Source: Sinorhizobium meliloti
GTDB lineage: Bacteria > Pseudomonadota > Alphaproteobacteria > Rhizobiales > Rhizobiaceae
DNA length: 32,000 nt
Direction: 5' to 3'
Assembly: GCF_017876815.1 (NCBI RefSeq)
Contig: NZ_JAGIOS010000002.1
Location: forward strand, 1,050,001 to 1,082,000
Made by a program: the position numbers and the translations under genes. The notes beneath the pieces are model-generated. The model saw only the letters and a program-made list of their open reading frames with translations, made no database searches and was not told the origin of the DNA. Position 1 is the stretch's first letter. Every line of letters begins with the position of its first letter. This document shows positions 24,173 through 32,000 of this stretch, piece after piece.

Positions 24173-24329
24173 TCCTTTGGCGTTGCGTCCGCCGGTATCC
24201 GCTTCGGCGACCAGTTGCTCGAGGTCGACATCGACCTTCCGTTCTTGAAGTTCGCTCGTGACACCCTCCCATGCCGGTATTGCCGGCGAGCCGCCTTTCG
24301 GCCCGCCGGTAGACGTCAGAATGCGAAGC

Positions 24330-25313
24330 TTACTTCAACCAGCCCTTTTCCTTGTAATATTTTTCCGCACCCGGATGCAGCGGTGCAGAGAGGCCGTCCT
24401 TGATCATCTTGGCGGGCTCGAGATTGGCGAAAGCCGGGTGCAGCGACTTGAACTCGTCGAAATTCTCGAAAACCGCTTTCGTCAGCGCGTAGACGCTCTC
24501 TTCCGGAACATTGGCGGAGGTGACCAGGGTCGCCAGAACGCCGAAGGTTTCCGTGTCTTCCGGATTGTTGTTGTAGAGGCCGCCCGGAATGGTCGCCTTG
24601 GCGTAATAGGGATTGTCGGCGACCAGCTTGTCGACGACTTCGCCGGTGAGCGGCACCAGCTTCGCCGCGCAGGTCGTCGTCGGATCCTGAATATTGGCGG
24701 AGGGGTGCCCCACGCCGTAGAAGAAGCCGTCGATCTTGCCGTCGCAAAGCGCCGGGCCATGCTCGTCCGCCTTGAGTTCGGATGCGAGGGAGAAGTCGGC
24801 GAGCGTCCAGCCCATTGCGCCGAGCAGGCGTTCCATGGAGGCGCGTGTTCCAGAACCCGGATTGCCGACATTGAAGCGCTTGCCCTTGAAGTCCTCGAAC
24901 TTCGTCACGCCGGCATTTGGGTGCGCCAACACCGTGAACGGCTCCGGATGAATCGAGAAGACCGCCCTGAGGTCGGCATGCGCGCCGCCCTCCTTGAACG
25001 CCTCGTCGCCCTTGAAAGCGTTGTATTGCACATCGGATTGTGCCATGCCGAAGTCGAGCTCGCCCTCCTTGATCGTGTTCACGTTGAACGCCGATCCGCC
25101 GGTGGATTCGACCGAACAGCGGATGCCGTGCGACTTCCGGTCCTTGTTCAGAAGCCGGCAGATGGCGCCGCCCGCGGCATAGTAGACGCCGGTGACGCCG
25201 CCGGTGCCGATCGTCACGAATTTCTGCTGCGCCGCGGCGCCGCCCGAGAAAAACAGTGCTGCCGAAAGGGCGGCGATCTGCGCTCCGCGCAGGGTAATCC
25301 GTTCATGTTTCAT
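24330..25313 (-). CDS. TRAP transporter solute receptor, TAXI family
   Basis: 327-aa ORF with a signal peptide ([15 protein letters not shown]). The motifs [19 protein letters not shown] and GNPGSGT are typical of TAXI receptors. Confidence 0.9.
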   Translation of the reverse strand: MKHERITLRGAQIAALSAALFFSGGAAAQQKFVTIGTGGVTGVYYAAGGAICRLLNKDRKSHGIRCSVESTGGSAFNVNTIKEGELDFGMAQSDVQYNAFKGDEAFKEGGAHADLRAVFSIHPEPFTVLAHPNAGVTKFEDFKGKRFNVGNPGSGTRASMERLLGAMGWTLADFSLASELKADEHGPALCDGKIDGFFYGVGHPSANIQDPTTTCAAKLVPLTGEVVDKLVADNPYYAKATIPGGLYNNNPEDTETFGVLATLVTSANVPEESVYALTKAVFENFDEFKSLHPAFANLEPAKMIKDGLSAPLHPGAEKYYKEKGWLK

Positions 25314-25624
25314 CTATTTCTCCCATAATGCTTCGCGTGCCACTGAGGCCGTCCCGAGATTTATGCCTGCAGCGCCACGCGTCCAGTCGGACGCGCAAAG
25401 GTCGCAGCGGCAGTTTGTATTACACGCAGAAGGGCACGTCCGTGCATGTTACGATCGTTGCCCTTTATCAAGCAAGGGGCATACTTTGCAAATCGGTCGG
25501 TCGGAATAACCGGCGATCGGAGCGGCCGGGTGTCTCGCCACGGTGGGGCCCTTCGCGGATGCCGATTATTGGGGAACCAAGAATGGGCGCCGGATGTTTT
25601 CCTCCTTCAAACGGGAGCATCGCC

Positions 25625-25984
25625 ATGGCGACGATACGATATGAAATTGTGGAACACGATGGGGGCTGGGCCTACAAGGTCGACGACGTCTTCTCCGAGA
25701 CCTTCCCCACCCATGACGATGCACTGGCCGCAGCCGAGATCGCGGCGCGCCATCATGAGCTTCCCGGCTCTACCGAGGCCATCGAGTTCCAGGATCCCGC
25801 CGGCCGTTGGCATGAGCAGGTCGCCTCCGGCTTCGATCGCCCGCATACCAGGGTCGTCGATACGCAGGATGCACGGGACGCGGCAGAACGCCCGGACAGC
25901 CCTGAGCCTCGACGTCCTTTGCAAACCGTCCTGGTTCTTGCCGGCCTCGGGCTCGCGATCGGATATTTTCTTCGTCGACATTAA
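25625..25984 (+). CDS. Hypothetical protein, DUF2188-like N-terminal domain plus a C-terminal TM anchor
   Basis: The ATG at 25625 is preceded by GGGAG with an 8-nt spacer. The sequence starts MATIRYEIVEHDGGWAYKVDD..THDDALAAAEIAA and ends with the hydrophobic stretch LQTVLVLAGLGLAIGYFL. The upstream 99 codons in the track ORF look non-coding. Confidence 0.5.
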   Translation: MATIRYEIVEHDGGWAYKVDDVFSETFPTHDDALAAAEIAARHHELPGSTEAIEFQDPAGRWHEQVASGFDRPHTRVVDTQDARDAAERPDSPEPRRPLQTVLVLAGLGLAIGYFLRRH

Positions 25985-26115
25985 GTCCAGTTGAGCACAG
26001 AGCCTCGACATGCGCCGTCCCGACGGCGGCGGAGAGCTGCCGTTGCGCGGCGAATGCGTTCCGGGCAGCCGACGCGCTCTTGACTCTCGTGGTATAACAC
26101 CTTAACAATCACACC

Positions 26116-26817
26116 ATGAGCACACTGGCCGTTCGCAAGAAGCTTTCCGACGAAGTCCGGTTGAAACTGGAGGAGATGATCCGCGACGAGATCTATCCTC
26201 TGGGGGCGACGCTTCCTTCCGAGCGAGACCTGATGGAATTGTTCGGGGTCGGGCGGCCCTCGATCCGCGAGGCGCTTTATGCGCTGGAGCGCATGGGGCT
26301 GGTGAAGGTCAGCACGGGCGAGCGTGCCAAAGTCACGCGGCCGACGCCGGACCACTTCCTGTCTTCGCTTGCGGGCGCTGCGCGCATGCTGCTCGGCCAT
26401 CCCGAGGGCGTGGCCAATTTCGAGCAGGCGCGCCTGTTCCTGGAGGAGGGATGCGCGCGCCATCTTGCTGCCCATGCGACAGCGGAGCAGATCGAAGCAA
26501 TCGACGCCGCGCTGGCGCGCAATGAGGCCGCCATCGGCAAGGCTCGCGCCTTTGCTGCCACCGATGTCGCCTTCCACCGCACGCTGACCCAGATGGTCTC
26601 GAATCCCATTTTCGTCGCGGTCCACGACGCGTTCGTGGACTGGCTGATCGACCAAAGGCCTCTGCCGACCAGGCCGGAGATTTCCAACAGGGAGAGTTTC
26701 GAGGAGCACGTGGCGATCGTGGAGGCCATCCGCTCCCGCGATCCGGAGCGTGCCGGAAAGGTCATGCGCGAGCACCTGGAGAGTGCAGCGCGTAAATACA
26801 GGCAAACGAGCCCGTAG
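26116..26817 (+). CDS. GntR family (FadR/FCD subfamily) transcriptional regulator, NanR/LldR-like
   Basis: 233-aa ORF. LPSERDLMELFGVGRPSIREALYALERMGLV is a GntR winged HTH, followed by a helical FCD-like C-terminal domain. Confidence 0.9.
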   Translation: MSTLAVRKKLSDEVRLKLEEMIRDEIYPLGATLPSERDLMELFGVGRPSIREALYALERMGLVKVSTGERAKVTRPTPDHFLSSLAGAARMLLGHPEGVANFEQARLFLEEGCARHLAAHATAEQIEAIDAALARNEAAIGKARAFAATDVAFHRTLTQMVSNPIFVAVHDAFVDWLIDQRPLPTRPEISNRESFEEHVAIVEAIRSRDPERAGKVMREHLESAARKYRQTSP

Positions 26818-26845
26818 CATCGGGCCGATAATGGGAGGAGCAACA

Positions 26846-27817
26846 ATGAAAACGGGAATGATTTCGCTCGCGCTTGCGGGGCTGCTGATGGCGTCGCAAG
26901 CCATGGCTCAAGAGGCGCGCACATTGCGCCTGGGAATGCAGGGTACGGCCGGAGACCCGCAATTCGAGGGCGTCACCGAGGCCGCGCGCATCATCAAGGA
27001 AAAATCGGGCGGCCGGCTGACGCTGGAAATCTTCCCGAATTCTCAGCTCGGTACATTCACCGAGATGATGGAGCAGGTGACGCTCGGCGAGCTCGACTTC
27101 ACGCTGAACCCGTTTGGCGGGATGGACGCCTGGGTTCCCCGGGCGGTCTTGGCGAGCACCGCCTATGTCGTCGGCGACTTCGATCACCTTCAGAAGATCA
27201 TCGCCTCCGACTGGGGTAAGGGGATCGTCGACGAGATGCGGACCGAGCACAAGTGGCGCATGGTCGACTCCTGGTACTTCGGGACGCGGCACACGACGGC
27301 AAAGAAACCGATCGAAAAGCCTGCCGATTTCGCGGGCATGAAGCTGCGCGTCCCGAACTCCGCGCCGCTTCTTACCTGGGCGAAGGCGATGGGCGCGAGC
27401 CCCACGCCGGTCGCATTCGCCGAGGTCTATCTTGCACTCCAGACCAATCAGGTGGACGGCCAGGAAAACCCGCTGCCCATCATCGACTCGATGAAGTTCA
27501 CCGAGGTCCAGTCCCATGTCTCCCTGACTGGGCATCTGGTGCAGGACCAGGTCATCCTTATGTCGGAAGACACGTGGAATGCGCTCAAGCCCGCCGACCA
27601 GAAGGTCGTGATGGAGGCATTCGAGGCGGGCGGTGCCCTCAACGACAAGTTGGTCACCGACAAGGAAGCGAGCCTCGTCAGCGATTTTCGCGAGCGCGGC
27701 ATCACCGTGGTCGAGCCCGACAAGGCGGCGTTCCAGGAAGCGATGAAGCCCGTCTATGCCGATCTCGACGCAAAATTCGGTGCCGACACGGTGAAGACGC
27801 TGCTCGATCTCCGTTAA
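26846..27817 (+). CDS. TRAP transporter substrate-binding protein, DctP family
   Basis: The ATG at 26846 is preceded by GGGAGGAG. The signal peptide is MKTGMISLALAGLLMASQAMAQEA, and the protein has DctP-family length and motifs (FPNSQLG, LRVPNS, NQVDGQENP). Confidence 0.9.
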   Translation: MKTGMISLALAGLLMASQAMAQEARTLRLGMQGTAGDPQFEGVTEAARIIKEKSGGRLTLEIFPNSQLGTFTEMMEQVTLGELDFTLNPFGGMDAWVPRAVLASTAYVVGDFDHLQKIIASDWGKGIVDEMRTEHKWRMVDSWYFGTRHTTAKKPIEKPADFAGMKLRVPNSAPLLTWAKAMGASPTPVAFAEVYLALQTNQVDGQENPLPIIDSMKFTEVQSHVSLTGHLVQDQVILMSEDTWNALKPADQKVVMEAFEAGGALNDKLVTDKEASLVSDFRERGITVVEPDKAAFQEAMKPVYADLDAKFGADTVKTLLDLR

Positions 27818-27827
27818 CCGCCCGCAG

Positions 27828-27849
27828 GCGCGGCCACAGATGGCCGCGC
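27828..27849 (+). promoter_or_regulatory. Intercistronic stem-loop after the DctP-family gene
   Basis: GCGCGGCCA-CAGA-TGGCCGCGC is a 9-bp perfect stem, 11 nt after the dctP-type stop. It covers the ATG at 27840 used in the ORF track. Confidence 0.55.
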
Positions 27850-27872
27850 CCTCCATTCCGGGGAGTTCAGCA

Positions 27873-28391
27873 ATGGCCAATCCAAGCCGCTGGCGAAGCT
27901 TTGCCCACATCGAAGAGTCACTGGCCGCGATCCTGCTGGTCTTCGCCTTCGTTGTGATCGCACTGCAGATCGTCACCCGTTTCGTCTTCCATGATCCGAT
28001 GTTCTGGACAGAGGAGGCTGCGCGTTATGCCTTCGTCTGGCTGGTGGCGCTTGGCGCGGCAGAAGGCGTAACCTCACGGACGCACATCACCATGGATATC
28101 GTGCCGCGGATGCTCCCGGAGCGGGCGCAGCTCTTTCTGCGGCTCGTTCTGGATGTCCTGGTGCTCACCGCGCTGCTCGTTCTCGTTTACTACGGTTTCT
28201 TCGGGGCCATGCGCGCCCACAAGGTGATGTCGATCGCGATCGGCGTGCCGGAGTCGTGGCTTTACGGCGCCTTGCCCGTATTCGGCCTGTTGGCGGCTGT
28301 CCGGATCATGCTTGTCATGGCGCGGGATGTCCGGCTGCTTTTCGGCGCCCGCCGCCCGTCGGTCGATGCCCCTTTCGAAAGGTATCTCTAG
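27873..28391 (+). CDS. TRAP transporter small permease, DctQ family
   Basis: The ATG at 27873 is preceded by GGGGAG with a 7-nt spacer. The product is 172 aa with 4 TM segments, and the stop TAG directly abuts the DctM ATG. Confidence 0.85.
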   Translation: MANPSRWRSFAHIEESLAAILLVFAFVVIALQIVTRFVFHDPMFWTEEAARYAFVWLVALGAAEGVTSRTHITMDIVPRMLPERAQLFLRLVLDVLVLTALLVLVYYGFFGAMRAHKVMSIAIGVPESWLYGALPVFGLLAAVRIMLVMARDVRLLFGARRPSVDAPFERYL

Positions 28392-29672
28392 ATGGCGACG
28401 CTCTTCGGGGGATGGTTTGCCCTTCTGATCGCCGGCATGCCGGTTGGATTCACGCTGATCGTGGCTGCGCTCGCCTACATGCTCTGGCAGGGGACGGGCC
28501 TGAACTTTGCCGGCCAGCGCATGATCGCCGGCCTCAACAGCTTTCCGCTGCTTGCGGTCCCCTTTTTCATCCTCACCGCACAATTGATGAATCTCTCGGG
28601 CGTGACCGAGCGCATTTTCGACTTCGCCAAGGCGCTTGTCGGCCATATCAGGGGCGGGCTAGGCCATGTGAACATCATGGCGAGCGTGCTGTTTTCCGGC
28701 ATGTCCGGCTCGGCCGTCGCCGATGCCGCCGGCCTTGGTCAGCTTGAGATAAAGGCCATGCGCGACGCCGGCTATGACGAGCAGTTTTCCGGGTCGATCA
28801 CCGCCGCATCGGCCATCATAGGCCCGCTCATCCCGCCCTCCATTCCCCTCGTGGTCTACGGCGTGATCGCCAATACCTCGATCGGGGGCCTTTTTCTCGG
28901 CGGGATCGTGCCCGGCCTCCTTTGCGCGGCCTCGCTCATGATCATGGTCTACGTGATCGCCTGGCGCCGCAACTATGCGACCGCGCAGCGCGCCGGCTTT
29001 CGCCGGGTGTGGTCCACCTTCTGGCACGCGCTGCTTCCGCTCATCACGCCCTTCATCATCATCGGCGGCATCTTTGCAGGGGTGTTCTCGCCGACCGAGG
29101 CTGCCGTGGTCGCGGCCAGCTATGCGCTCTTCCTCGGTGTCGTCGTCTACCGTGAAATCACCTTCGCCAAACTTGTGACCGTACTGCGTGAGACTGTCAG
29201 CCATACGGCCGCCGTCGGCCTTCTCATCATGGGCGTGTCGCTATTCGGCTATGTGATCGCGCGGGAGCAGGTACCCCAGCACGTCGCCACGTTCTTCCTC
29301 ACTTATGCGGACGATCCGCTGACATTCCTGGTCCTCGTCAATCTCATGCTGCTTGCGCTCGGGACCTTTATCGAGGCGCTGGCAATCCTGCTGCTCATCG
29401 TACCGGTGCTGGTCCCGACCGCGCTCCAATTCGGGGTGGATCCCGTCCACTTCGGTGTCATGGTCGTGTTCAACCTGATGATCGGCATTTTGACGCCGCC
29501 CATGGGTGTGGCGCTCTTCGTCGTGTCCAAGGTCGCCGACATTCCCTTCGGCGTGCTCGCACGCGGTATCCTGCCTCTTCTCATTCCGCTCATCGTCGTC
29601 CTGGTGCTGATCACCATCTTTCCGGCGCTCGTCACCTTCATCCCCGACCAGATGCTCGGAGCCGCCCGATGA
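28392..29672 (+). CDS. TRAP transporter large permease, DctM family
   Basis: 426-aa polytopic ORF with typical DctM segments (LLAVPFFILTAQLMN, SGSAVADAA). Confidence 0.95.
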   Translation: MATLFGGWFALLIAGMPVGFTLIVAALAYMLWQGTGLNFAGQRMIAGLNSFPLLAVPFFILTAQLMNLSGVTERIFDFAKALVGHIRGGLGHVNIMASVLFSGMSGSAVADAAGLGQLEIKAMRDAGYDEQFSGSITAASAIIGPLIPPSIPLVVYGVIANTSIGGLFLGGIVPGLLCAASLMIMVYVIAWRRNYATAQRAGFRRVWSTFWHALLPLITPFIIIGGIFAGVFSPTEAAVVAASYALFLGVVVYREITFAKLVTVLRETVSHTAAVGLLIMGVSLFGYVIAREQVPQHVATFFLTYADDPLTFLVLVNLMLLALGTFIEALAILLLIVPVLVPTALQFGVDPVHFGVMVVFNLMIGILTPPMGVALFVVSKVADIPFGVLARGILPLLIPLIVVLVLITIFPALVTFIPDQMLGAAR

Positions 29673-30604
29673 ACATGCAAGCCAGGCCGCCCGAAGGTGT
29701 ATGGGGAGCAGTGCTCCTGCCGGTGGACCAACGAGGGGAGATCGAATGGTCCGCCTTGCAGGAGCAGCTTTCCTCTCTTCGCGAAAGCGGAGTGCACGGC
29801 ATCTACACAAACGGCACTGCCGGCGAATTCCACAGCCAGACGGAGCGTGAATTCGACCGGCTGAGCCAGCTGGTCTCCGAGTTTTGCCATTCCGTCGCCC
29901 TGCCGTTCCAGATCGGCGTGTCGCATTCGAATGCGCGTGTCGCGCGCGAACGCCTGGCCCGCGTCGCCTCTCTGCGACCTGATGCCGTTCAGATCACCCT
30001 GCCGGACTGGTGGGCGCCGAGCTATGACGAGGCGGAGGTCTTCTTCGCCGGTATGGCGGCAACTGCGCCCGGCACTCCGATGATCCTCTATAACCCGCCT
30101 CATGCCAAGCGCCGGCTGAACCTTGACGAGATCGCAAGGCTAAAGGCCCGTCTCCCTATGCTCATCGGGGCCAAACTGCCGGGCGGCGACGAAGTCTGGT
30201 ACGGGGAGCTTCGTCGCAAGCTGCCGGATCTCGCCGTCTTCATTCCCGGACATTTCATGGCGAGCGGCTGCCTCGGGGGCGGCCGCGGCTCCTATTCCAA
30301 TGTCGCCTGCCTGAGCCCCGCCGGGGCCGTCAGGTGGTGGCATCAGCTTCGGGAGGATCCGGCAGGCGCTCTTGCCTTCGAGGCCCGCGTCGTCGGCTTC
30401 ATGAACGAGCATGTCCTGCCGCTTGCTGTGCGCCATGGCCTGTCCAACGCCGCGCTCGACAAGGCGATGGCTGCAGCCGGCCGCTGGTGCCCAATCGGGC
30501 CGGGATTGCTCTGGCCCTATAGGTCCGCCCCCGGTGAAGCGGTGATCGAGCTTGGCACCGCTGCCCGCCGCCAACTGCCCGAGCTTTTTTCCACGAGCCA
30601 GTGA
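29669..30604 (+). CDS. Dihydrodipicolinate synthase / N-acetylneuraminate lyase superfamily protein, a divergent class I aldolase
   Basis: 311-aa ORF whose ATG overlaps the DctM stop (ATGA at 29669-29672). Motifs are NGTAGEF (GTxGE), ILYNPP (catalytic Tyr) and LIGAKLPGG (candidate Schiff-base Lys). Confidence 0.8.
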   Translation: MNMQARPPEGVWGAVLLPVDQRGEIEWSALQEQLSSLRESGVHGIYTNGTAGEFHSQTEREFDRLSQLVSEFCHSVALPFQIGVSHSNARVARERLARVASLRPDAVQITLPDWWAPSYDEAEVFFAGMAATAPGTPMILYNPPHAKRRLNLDEIARLKARLPMLIGAKLPGGDEVWYGELRRKLPDLAVFIPGHFMASGCLGGGRGSYSNVACLSPAGAVRWWHQLREDPAGALAFEARVVGFMNEHVLPLAVRHGLSNAALDKAMAAAGRWCPIGPGLLWPYRSAPGEAVIELGTAARRQLPELFSTSQ

Positions 30605-30617
30605 AAGCGATCATAAG

Positions 30618-31517
30618 ATGAAACTCGAAGGGATCTATTCGGCCCTCCTTACTCCGTTCTCCGAAGACGAAAGCATTGACCGGCAGGCCATCGGGGCGCT
30701 CGTCGATTTCCAGGTCCGTCTCGGCATCGATGGGGTCTATGTCGGCGGCAGCTCGGGCGAAGCGATGTTGCAGTCGCTCGACGAGCGCGCGGACTACCTC
30801 TCCGACGTTGCGGCCGCCGCGTCCGGCCGCCTGACGCTGATCGCTCATGTCGGCACGATCGCGACGAGAGATGCGCTCAGGCTTTCGCAGCATGCGGCCA
30901 AATCGGGTTACCAGGCGATCTCGGCGATCCCGCCCTTCTACTACGACTTCTCCCGGCCCGAAGTCATGGCGCATTATCGGGAGCTCGCCGATGCTTCGGC
31001 CCTGCCTCTCATCGTCTATAACTTCCCCGCCCGCACCAGCGGCTTCACCTTGCCCGAACTGGTCGAGCTTCTCTCGCATCCCAACATCATCGGCATCAAG
31101 CATACGTCGAGCGACATGTTCCAGCTCGAACGCATCCGGCATGCAGTACCCGACGCCATCGTATACAACGGTTATGATGAAATGTGCCTGGCTGGTTTCG
31201 CGATGGGCGCACAGGGTGCGATAGGCACGACATATAATTTCATGGGCGATCTGTTCGTCGCGCTCAGGGACTGCGCAGCGGCCGGGCGGATCGAGGAGGC
31301 CCGGCGGCTGCAGGCCATGGCGAACCGCGTGATCCAGGTGCTGATCAAGGTCGGCGTCATGCCGGGGTCCAAGGCGCTGCTCGGCATCATGGGCCTTCCC
31401 GGAGGCCCCTCCAGACGCCCCTTCCGGAAGGTCGAAGAGGCGGATCTCGCAGCCCTTCGCGAAGCCGTGGCGCCGGTCCTCGCGTGGCGCGAGAGCACTT
31501 CCAGAAAAAGCATGTAA
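30618..31517 (+). CDS. nanA: N-acetylneuraminate lyase-like class I aldolase
   Basis: From memory, the 299-aa product aligns end to end with E. coli NanA: GIDGVYVGGSSGEA, LIAHVG, PPFYYDFS, VYNFPA, IGIKHTS, YNGYDEM, GTTYNFMG and LIKVGV. Confidence 0.8.
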   Translation: MKLEGIYSALLTPFSEDESIDRQAIGALVDFQVRLGIDGVYVGGSSGEAMLQSLDERADYLSDVAAAASGRLTLIAHVGTIATRDALRLSQHAAKSGYQAISAIPPFYYDFSRPEVMAHYRELADASALPLIVYNFPARTSGFTLPELVELLSHPNIIGIKHTSSDMFQLERIRHAVPDAIVYNGYDEMCLAGFAMGAQGAIGTTYNFMGDLFVALRDCAAAGRIEEARRLQAMANRVIQVLIKVGVMPGSKALLGIMGLPGGPSRRPFRKVEEADLAALREAVAPVLAWRESTSRKSM

Positions 31518-31596
31518 CGGTTTTCCGTCCGGAAGTGCGCCATTTCAAGAGGTTAGAGCGTTGAGTATCTTGATGAAACACTAAAACGCTCTAACT
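31491..31596 (+). repeat. ~100-nt structured intergenic repeat, copy B (plus orientation), overlapping the last 8 codons and stop of nanA
   Basis: GAGAGCACTTCCAGAAAAAGCATGTAACGGTTTTCCGTCCGGAA is followed by the hairpin GTTAGAGCGTT (31552-31562) / AACGCTCTAAC (31585-31595). It is homologous to the reverse complement of 19105-19201. Confidence 0.65.
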
Positions 31597-31853
31597 CCGC
31601 GCGGGTACCCGACTGCAATGGAATTGTCGCCACCCAAAGGCCGCAATCATGTGCAGTGTATGAGCGACCGTTCGCGTCCTTCTTCGTAGCCATACCTCCT
31701 TACGCCAAGCACCCGGTTCCTTGTCAACGGCGAGTTGGAACGCACGCGTCGCCGCAGCATGCACTCCGCAGGCAATGCGGCGGACACGGAGTTTTGAGTG
31801 GACGGGTGGGGTTGGTCCAATAAAGATGCGCGTGAAGACTGTCGAGGCTCGTG

Positions 31854-32000
31854 ATGGAACGTAAACTCGCAGCAATCGTCGCTGGCGACATCGTCGGCTA
31901 TACCCGTCTGATGTCCGAGGATGAATCCTCGACCTATGCCGCCCTGCGGGCGACTTTCAGCGGACTGATCATACCTTCGGTCGAGAAGCACGGCGGCCGC
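31854..32000 (+). CDS. Class III adenylate/guanylate cyclase, N-terminal fragment truncated by the window edge
   Basis: MERKLAAIVAGDIVGYTRLMSEDESSTYAALRATFSGLIIPSVEKHGGR matches the start of the cyclase homology domain (RKLAAILxADVVGYSRLMxxDE...HxGR) common in rhizobia. Confidence 0.6.
   Translation, partial: MERKLAAIVAGDIVGYTRLMSEDESSTYAALRATFSGLIIPSVEKHGGR

Noticed and set aside
31591-31991. Two overlapping minus-strand ORFs (94 and 114 aa) upstream of and antisense to the cyclase start
   Set aside because: They have no Shine-Dalgarno sequence and no family resemblance. One is antisense to a recognisable cyclase N-terminus, and both are within the length expected by chance in GC-rich sequence.

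Overview
High-GC (over 60% by eye) alphaproteobacterial DNA. The intergenic repeats look Rhizobiaceae-like (Sinorhizobium/Ensifer/Rhizobium/Agrobacterium), recognised from memory only. The window is a mosaic of uptake and catabolism modules, most with their own regulator:

1. 1-3.7 kb: an aconitase-X (DUF521) gene tail, a proline-racemase-family enzyme, OsmC and an MFS transporter.
2. 3.6-4.2 kb: three small minus-strand ORFs of unknown function.
3. 4.4-7.6 kb: a BKACE (DUF849) enzyme divergent from an RpiR regulator plus a class-III aminotransferase.
4. 7.9-16.9 kb: a minus-strand run of LysR, a PotD/B/C/A-like ABC importer, a two-Rossmann flavoprotein and a CMD/AhpD-like protein pair, with the LysR gene divergent from an opine-dehydrogenase-family gene.
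5. 16.9-21.7 kb: an NCS2 nucleobase permease, an amidohydrolase translationally coupled to a TauE/SafE exporter, and a divergent LacI regulator with two operator-like palindromes.
6. 21.7-25.3 kb: a TAXI-type TRAP transporter.
7. 26.1-31.5 kb: GntR (NanR-like), DctPQM-type TRAP, a DHDPS-family aldolase and a NanA-like lyase.
8. The start of a class III nucleotidyl cyclase at the 3' edge.

I saw no rRNA, tRNA, CRISPR array, transposase, integrase or phage genes, and nothing resembling a known defence system.

Most noteworthy:
- A ~100-nt structured repeat in two copies, each overlapping the 3' end and supplying the stop codon of an unrelated gene.
- A 35-bp tandem duplication that removes the apparent original stop of the MFS gene.
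- A TRAP permease whose Shine-Dalgarno sequence and apparent N-terminus point to an ACG codon instead of a canonical start.
- The functionally undefined CMD pair, flavoprotein, ABC importer, LysR and opine-dehydrogenase locus.
- The small-ORF cluster.

All family assignments come from reading the translations and motifs from memory. No searches were run.
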